Assembly: GCA_046296715.1 (NCBI GenBank)
Contig: JBKBIN010000043.1
Coordinates: 1 to 11,313 of the forward strand
Source: Candidatus Ratteibacteria bacterium
Lineage (GTDB): Bacteria; Ratteibacteria; UBA8468; B48-G9; JAFGKM01
Direction: 5' to 3'
DNA: 11,313 nucleotides
The translations under genes and the position numbers were made by a program. The notes beneath the pieces are model-generated. The model ran no database searches. It saw nothing but the letters and a program-made list of their open reading frames with translations, and had not been told where the DNA came from. The first letter of the stretch is position 1; every line of letters starts with the position of its first letter. Shown in pieces: positions 7,770-11,313 of the stretch.

Positions 7770-8094
7770 AATTATTGGATGGTTTTTAATTTTTACTGGT
7801 CTTTCTTTTGTTTTTTTTGGATGCCTTGGTCTTGTCCGCATGCCAGATGTTTACTGCAGACTTCAAACAGCAACAAAATGTGTAACATTTGGTGCTGGTT
7901 CAATTTTATTTGGGACATTTTTATTAACAGGATTTTCAAGTATAGGACTTAAAGCATTGTTGTGTATCGTATTTTTATTTTTAAATTCTCCGACGGCGTC
8001 CCATGCTTTATCTTACGGTGCATTAACCAGTGGAGTAAGACCAGTTGAAGGGACAGAAATAGAAAAAGATTTAATTGAAGATAAAGATGCATGA
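7762..8094 (+). CDS. mrpG: Na+/H+ antiporter subunit G (MrpG/MnhG/MbhC-like)
   Basis: GLVRMPDVYCRLQTATKCVTFG and PTASHAL motifs. Start moved to ATG 7762 (GGGAGG at 7749-7754). Confidence 0.95.
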   Translation: MIEIIGWFLIFTGLSFVFFGCLGLVRMPDVYCRLQTATKCVTFGAGSILFGTFLLTGFSSIGLKALLCIVFLFLNSPTASHALSYGALTSGVRPVEGTEIEKDLIEDKDA

Positions 8095-8344
8095 AATTTC
8101 TGTTGTAAATAATTTAATTAAAATACTTGAAAAGGTTTGTGAAGAAAATAAGGCAAAAAAAGTTTTGAAAATAAATATAAGAATAAATCCATATAGTTGT
8201 CTTGATGAGGAAAATTTAAATTTTATTTTTTCTACACTTACAGAAGGGAACGAGATATATAGAGGCGCAAGGATTGAACTAAAAAGACAAGGAGAACCTA
8301 CTGAGAGAGAATATATTGTTGAAGATATTGAAATAGAAGTTTAA
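8087..8344 (+). CDS. hypA: Hydrogenase nickel chaperone HypA, short 85-aa form lacking the zinc-finger domain
   Basis: Begins MHE at ATG 8087, KKV.KI.I.I strand, Asp at position 40, GA.IE, C-terminal RE..VEDIEIE; directly upstream of hypB; no CxxC motif. Confidence 0.85.
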   Translation: MHEISVVNNLIKILEKVCEENKAKKVLKINIRINPYSCLDEENLNFIFSTLTEGNEIYRGARIELKRQGEPTEREYIVEDIEIEV

Positions 8345-8378
8345 CAAACAAATTAAAATTTTCTTGATTGAAAGAAGA

Positions 8379-9038
8379 ATGATAAAAATAATAAGAATAG
8401 AAGAAAGTATATTTGCTGAAAATGAAAAAATAGCAGACCAGGTAAGAAATATTTTAAGCAAAAATAATATTTTAGGTATCAATGTTATGGGTGCTCCTGG
8501 TAGTGGAAAGACAACTTTTATTGAAAAAACAATTGATATATTAAAAGATGAATTTAGATTTGGAGTTATTGAAGGAGATGTAGAAGGGAAAGTTGATTCT
8601 GAAAAATTTTTAAAGTTTAATATTTCTGTAGTTCAGATAAATACAGGGGGAGGATGTCATCTTGATGCAAATATGGTAAAAAAAGCGATTTCTGAAATAA
8701 ATCTTGAAGGAATTGAAATTCTTTTTATTGAAAATGTTGGGAATCTTATATGTCCTGCAGAATTTGATATAGGGACTGAAAAAAATATTGTTATTTCTTC
8801 AACTACAGAAGGAGAGGATAAGATTGAAAAATATCCTTTGATGTTTAAGGTTTCAGATGTGTGCATTTTGAATAAGATTGATTTAATTCCTTATATTGAT
8901 TTTAATTTAGAAAAATTTGAAAATGACTTAAAAAATATTTCACCAAAAACAAAATTAATAAAACTATCTTCAAAAACAGGAGAAAATTTTAATATATGGA
9001 TAGAATACTTGAAAGGATTAAAAAAGGAGAAAGAGTAG
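8379..9038 (+). CDS. hypB: Hydrogenase nickel-insertion GTPase HypB
   Basis: GAPGSGKTT P-loop, VIEGD, QINTGGGCHLDA, IENVGNLICPAEFDIG, EGEDK..KYP, NKID. No His-rich or CxxCGC N-terminus. ATG 8379 preferred over TTG 8364. Confidence 0.97.
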   Translation: MIKIIRIEESIFAENEKIADQVRNILSKNNILGINVMGAPGSGKTTFIEKTIDILKDEFRFGVIEGDVEGKVDSEKFLKFNISVVQINTGGGCHLDANMVKKAISEINLEGIEILFIENVGNLICPAEFDIGTEKNIVISSTTEGEDKIEKYPLMFKVSDVCILNKIDLIPYIDFNLEKFENDLKNISPKTKLIKLSSKTGENFNIWIEYLKGLKKEKE

Positions 9039-9451
9039 TTATAATTGGAATTGGGAATAGATTAAAAGGAGATGATGCAGCAGGAAGTATTGTTGCAGAA
9101 AAACTAAAAGAAAAAGTTAAAAGCAAGAATATTCTTGTAATTGATGCTGAAAATAAACCTGAAAACTATATAGGAGTTATAAAGAAATTTAAACCCTCTT
9201 TAATCTTGATAATTGATGCTGTTGATTTTAATTCTTATATAGGAGATTTTAGAATTTTTAAGATTGAAGAAATCAAGGATACAACTTTTAATACACATAA
9301 TTTTTCTCTCCCTCTTTTTAAAAATCTCATAGGGAATCTTGAAATCTATATAATTGGAATTCAACCAGAGAAAATAAAGATAGGAGAAGAGATAAGTAGT
9401 TTTGTTTTAAAAGCAATTGAGAAAGTTACCCGTTTTTTTGAGAAAAATTGA
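8996..9451 (+). CDS. hycI: Hydrogenase maturation endopeptidase, HycI-like
   Basis: GIGNRLKGDDAAG, DAENKPEN, IDAVDF, THN, IGIQP; the PEN motif fits the HycI subgroup. Overlaps hypB by 43 nt, so the exact start is uncertain. Confidence 0.88.
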   Translation: MDRILERIKKGERVVIIGIGNRLKGDDAAGSIVAEKLKEKVKSKNILVIDAENKPENYIGVIKKFKPSLILIIDAVDFNSYIGDFRIFKIEEIKDTTFNTHNFSLPLFKNLIGNLEIYIIGIQPEKIKIGEEISSFVLKAIEKVTRFFEKN

Positions 9452-9453
9452 AA

Positions 9454-10500
9454 ATGGTTTTCTGTAAAATTTGTAAAAAAGAAAAATTTATTTCAGAAAA
9501 TTTAGGTATATGTATTGAATGTATAAGAGAAAACCCAAAACAAGCAATCAATATTTCCAAACAGGTTCATAAAAAAATAAGAGAAAGTTTTAAACTTTCT
9601 CCTTTTGTTCCTAAATCTAAAAATGGAATAGAATGTAATATTTGTGATAATAAGTGCGTTATTGGTGTTGATGAAAAAGGATATTGTGGTTTAAAGGAGA
9701 ATATAGATGGAGTTTTAAAAAGTAAAGTAAGTTCAGATTATGGAGTTTTAGATTTTTATTATGATCCAATCCCTACAAATTGCTGTGCTGAATGGTTTTG
9801 TAGTGCTGAAAAAGAGGGAAAGGGTAAATATAATCTTGCTGTATTTTTTTATGGATGTTCATTTGATTGTCTCTTTTGTCAGAATTATTCACATAAATTT
9901 ATTGAAAGAGGAAAAATTATAAAAATAGAACAACTTATAAATTATGCAGATAGAGAAGATGTTTATTGTGTTTGTTTTTTTGGCGGCTCTCCTGAACCTC
10001 AATTACCTTTTGTAATTAAATTTTCTGAAGAGATTCTGATTAAAAGGAAAATAAGAATATGTTTTGAATGGAATGGTTGCGGAAATGAAATTTTTGTTAG
10101 AAAAATAGGAGAAATTGCTCTTAAAAGTAAAGGGATAATTAAGTTTGATTTAAAGGCATTTGATGAGAATCTAAATATTGTTTTAACAGGTCTATCAAAT
10201 AAAAAGACATTAGAAAATTTTAAAATAATAGGTGGATTATTGAAAAAAGCAGATTATCCTTTATTAACAGCAACAACTTTACTTGTCCCAGGATATATAG
10301 ATGAAATTGAAATTGAAAAAATAGCAAAATTTATATCCACTTTAAATCCAGAAATACCTTATTCTTTACTTATTTTCTATCCTGAATTTTATATGAACGA
10401 TTTACCAATAACTCCAAAAGAAACTGTTTTTAAATGTTATGAAACTGCAAAAAAATATCTTAAAAATGTAAATATAGGCAATCTTCATCTTTTAAACTAA
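9454..10500 (+). CDS. Cys-rich radical SAM protein (PFL-activase/AmmeMemoRadiSAM-related), function unknown
   Basis: CSFDCLFCQN (CxxxCxxC, 9856-9879), FFGGSPEPQ, KFDLKAF, TLLVPGY, C-terminal V.IGN; extra N-terminal Cys clusters. Start is ATG 9454 or TTG 9448. Confidence 0.9.
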   Translation: MVFCKICKKEKFISENLGICIECIRENPKQAINISKQVHKKIRESFKLSPFVPKSKNGIECNICDNKCVIGVDEKGYCGLKENIDGVLKSKVSSDYGVLDFYYDPIPTNCCAEWFCSAEKEGKGKYNLAVFFYGCSFDCLFCQNYSHKFIERGKIIKIEQLINYADREDVYCVCFFGGSPEPQLPFVIKFSEEILIKRKIRICFEWNGCGNEIFVRKIGEIALKSKGIIKFDLKAFDENLNIVLTGLSNKKTLENFKIIGGLLKKADYPLLTATTLLVPGYIDEIEIEKIAKFISTLNPEIPYSLLIFYPEFYMNDLPITPKETVFKCYETAKKYLKNVNIGNLHLLN

Positions 10501-10506
10501 TGTCTA

Positions 10507-10569
10507 CCACAAATAACACCTACGAGGTGTTGAGTGGGGATGATTGTCTTTCAAGGGGTTAGCAATCGT
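10507..10569. other. Two tandem stem-loops downstream of the operon
   Basis: AACACCT-ACG-AGGTGTT (10515-10531), extendable by CCAC/GTGG (10507-10510/10534-10537); second imperfect stem ATGATTGT/GCAATCGT (10540-10547/10562-10569) using G-U pairs. No U-tract follows. Confidence 0.5.
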
Positions 10570-10596
10570 AATTAAAAAGAATTAAATGATATAAAT

Positions 10597-10624
10597 TTGA
10601 CTAATTTTTCTTTTATGATAATAT
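10597..10624 (+). promoter_or_regulatory. Putative sigma70 promoter of the IclR gene (-35 TTGACT 10597-10602, 16 bp, extended -10 TGnTAATAT 10616-10624)
   Basis: 5/6 -35, TG motif and TAnnnT -10, 24 bp upstream of ATG 10649; same 16-bp spacing as the operon promoter. Confidence 0.6.
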
Positions 10625-10648
10625 TGAATAAATACGACATTATAGAAA

Positions 10649-11313
10649 ATGAAGATAAAAGTAATTGAGAAGATAATAAGGATATTAGAACTTTTAGCAG
10701 ATAATGAGGAAGGACTTAGTGTTGGACAGGTGGCAAAGATATTAAATTTAAAGGTATCAACAACTCATTCACTTTTATCAACTTTATTTTCTCTTGGATA
10801 TTTAGATAAGGATGATAAAACAAAAAAATATAAAATTTCAGAGAAATTTTTAAATATTTTTTCTCCTCTTATTAATAAAAATTTCCTTCTAAAAATTTCC
10901 GAACCAGTTATGAAAGAACTTGCACAAACAATAAAAGAATCTGTTGTTCTTGGTATTTTTTATAAGGGAGAAAGATATACAATTGCACAGGTTGATTACC
11001 AAGACCATATTTTAAATGTAAATTTAAATTTATTTAAAAAAGCATCTTGTTATTCAACTGCGACTGGAAGGATTTTACTTGCATATATTTCAGAAAAACA
11101 AGTTAAAGAATATATAAGAAAGAATGGTTATCCAAAGAAAGAATGGAATAATATAAGGAATTTTAAAGATTTGAAAAAAGAATTGGAAAGAATAAGAAAA
11201 AAAGGGATTGAGATAATAGAAAAAGAAAATACTGTTGCAATTGGTATACCTGTATTTGGTTTTGACCGAAAAGTTGTCGCATCTCTCGGTGTTTATTTAC
11301 CAAAAATAAGATT
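10649..11313 (+). CDS. IclR-family transcriptional regulator, truncated by the window end
   Basis: Manual translation, open for 221 codons: MKIKVIEKIIRILELLADNEEGLSVGQVAKILNLKVSTTHSLLSTLFSLGYLDKD..KKYKI (IclR HTH), P.MKELA...KESV.L, YSTATGRILLAY, ELERIRKKG, AIGIPVF....VVASLGV. Absent from the ORF track because no stop lies in the window. Confidence 0.93.
   Translation, partial: MKIKVIEKIIRILELLADNEEGLSVGQVAKILNLKVSTTHSLLSTLFSLGYLDKDDKTKKYKISEKFLNIFSPLINKNFLLKISEPVMKELAQTIKESVVLGIFYKGERYTIAQVDYQDHILNVNLNLFKKASCYSTATGRILLAYISEKQVKEYIRKNGYPKKEWNNIRNFKDLKKELERIRKKGIEIIEKENTVAIGIPVFGFDRKVVASLGVYLPKIR

Noticed and set aside
7656..7841. Minus-strand 61-aa ORF
   Set aside because: Antisense to mrpF/mrpG; no motif.
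8279..8482. Minus-strand 67-aa hydrophobic ORF
   Set aside because: Antisense to hypA/hypB; its Phe/Leu/Ile richness is just the complement of A-rich codons.
8657..8866. Minus-strand 69-aa ORF
   Set aside because: Antisense to the conserved core of hypB.
9454..10500. Calling the radical SAM gene pflA
   Set aside because: It is longer than PflA, has many extra Cys clusters, and no glycyl-radical enzyme is adjacent.
10507..10580. Rho-independent terminator
   Set aside because: Hairpins are present but neither is followed by a U-tract on either strand; kept only as an unexplained structure.
1..11313. CRISPR array, tRNA or rRNA genes
   Set aside because: No regularly spaced repeats or RNA-gene signatures seen; non-coding gaps are short and otherwise accounted for.

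Overview
Very AT-rich prokaryotic window. Left end (1-721, minus strand): a defective IS481-family element whose transposase has an internal deletion plus frameshift, next to the start-less 3' remnant of an unrelated gene (721-957). Centre (1057-10500): one tightly coupled 13-gene operon behind a sigma70-type promoter and a perfect Rex-type palindrome. It encodes nine Mrp/Mbh-type membrane subunits (three large antiporter-like proteins, a free-standing MbhD-E/MrpA-C-terminal protein, MrpB, C, E, F, G), followed directly by a HypA lacking its zinc finger, HypB, a HycI-type hydrogenase maturation protease and a Cys-rich radical SAM enzyme. No NuoH/MbhM-like subunit, hydrogenase large or small subunit, or ferredoxin subunit is present. 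The locus therefore looks like the ion-translocating arm plus part of the maturation kit of an energy-converting group-4-type [NiFe] complex whose redox head is encoded elsewhere (inference). Right end: two tandem hairpins, a second promoter and an IclR-family regulator missed by the ORF track (10649 to window end). All family assignments are from motifs read by eye; no database searches were run.
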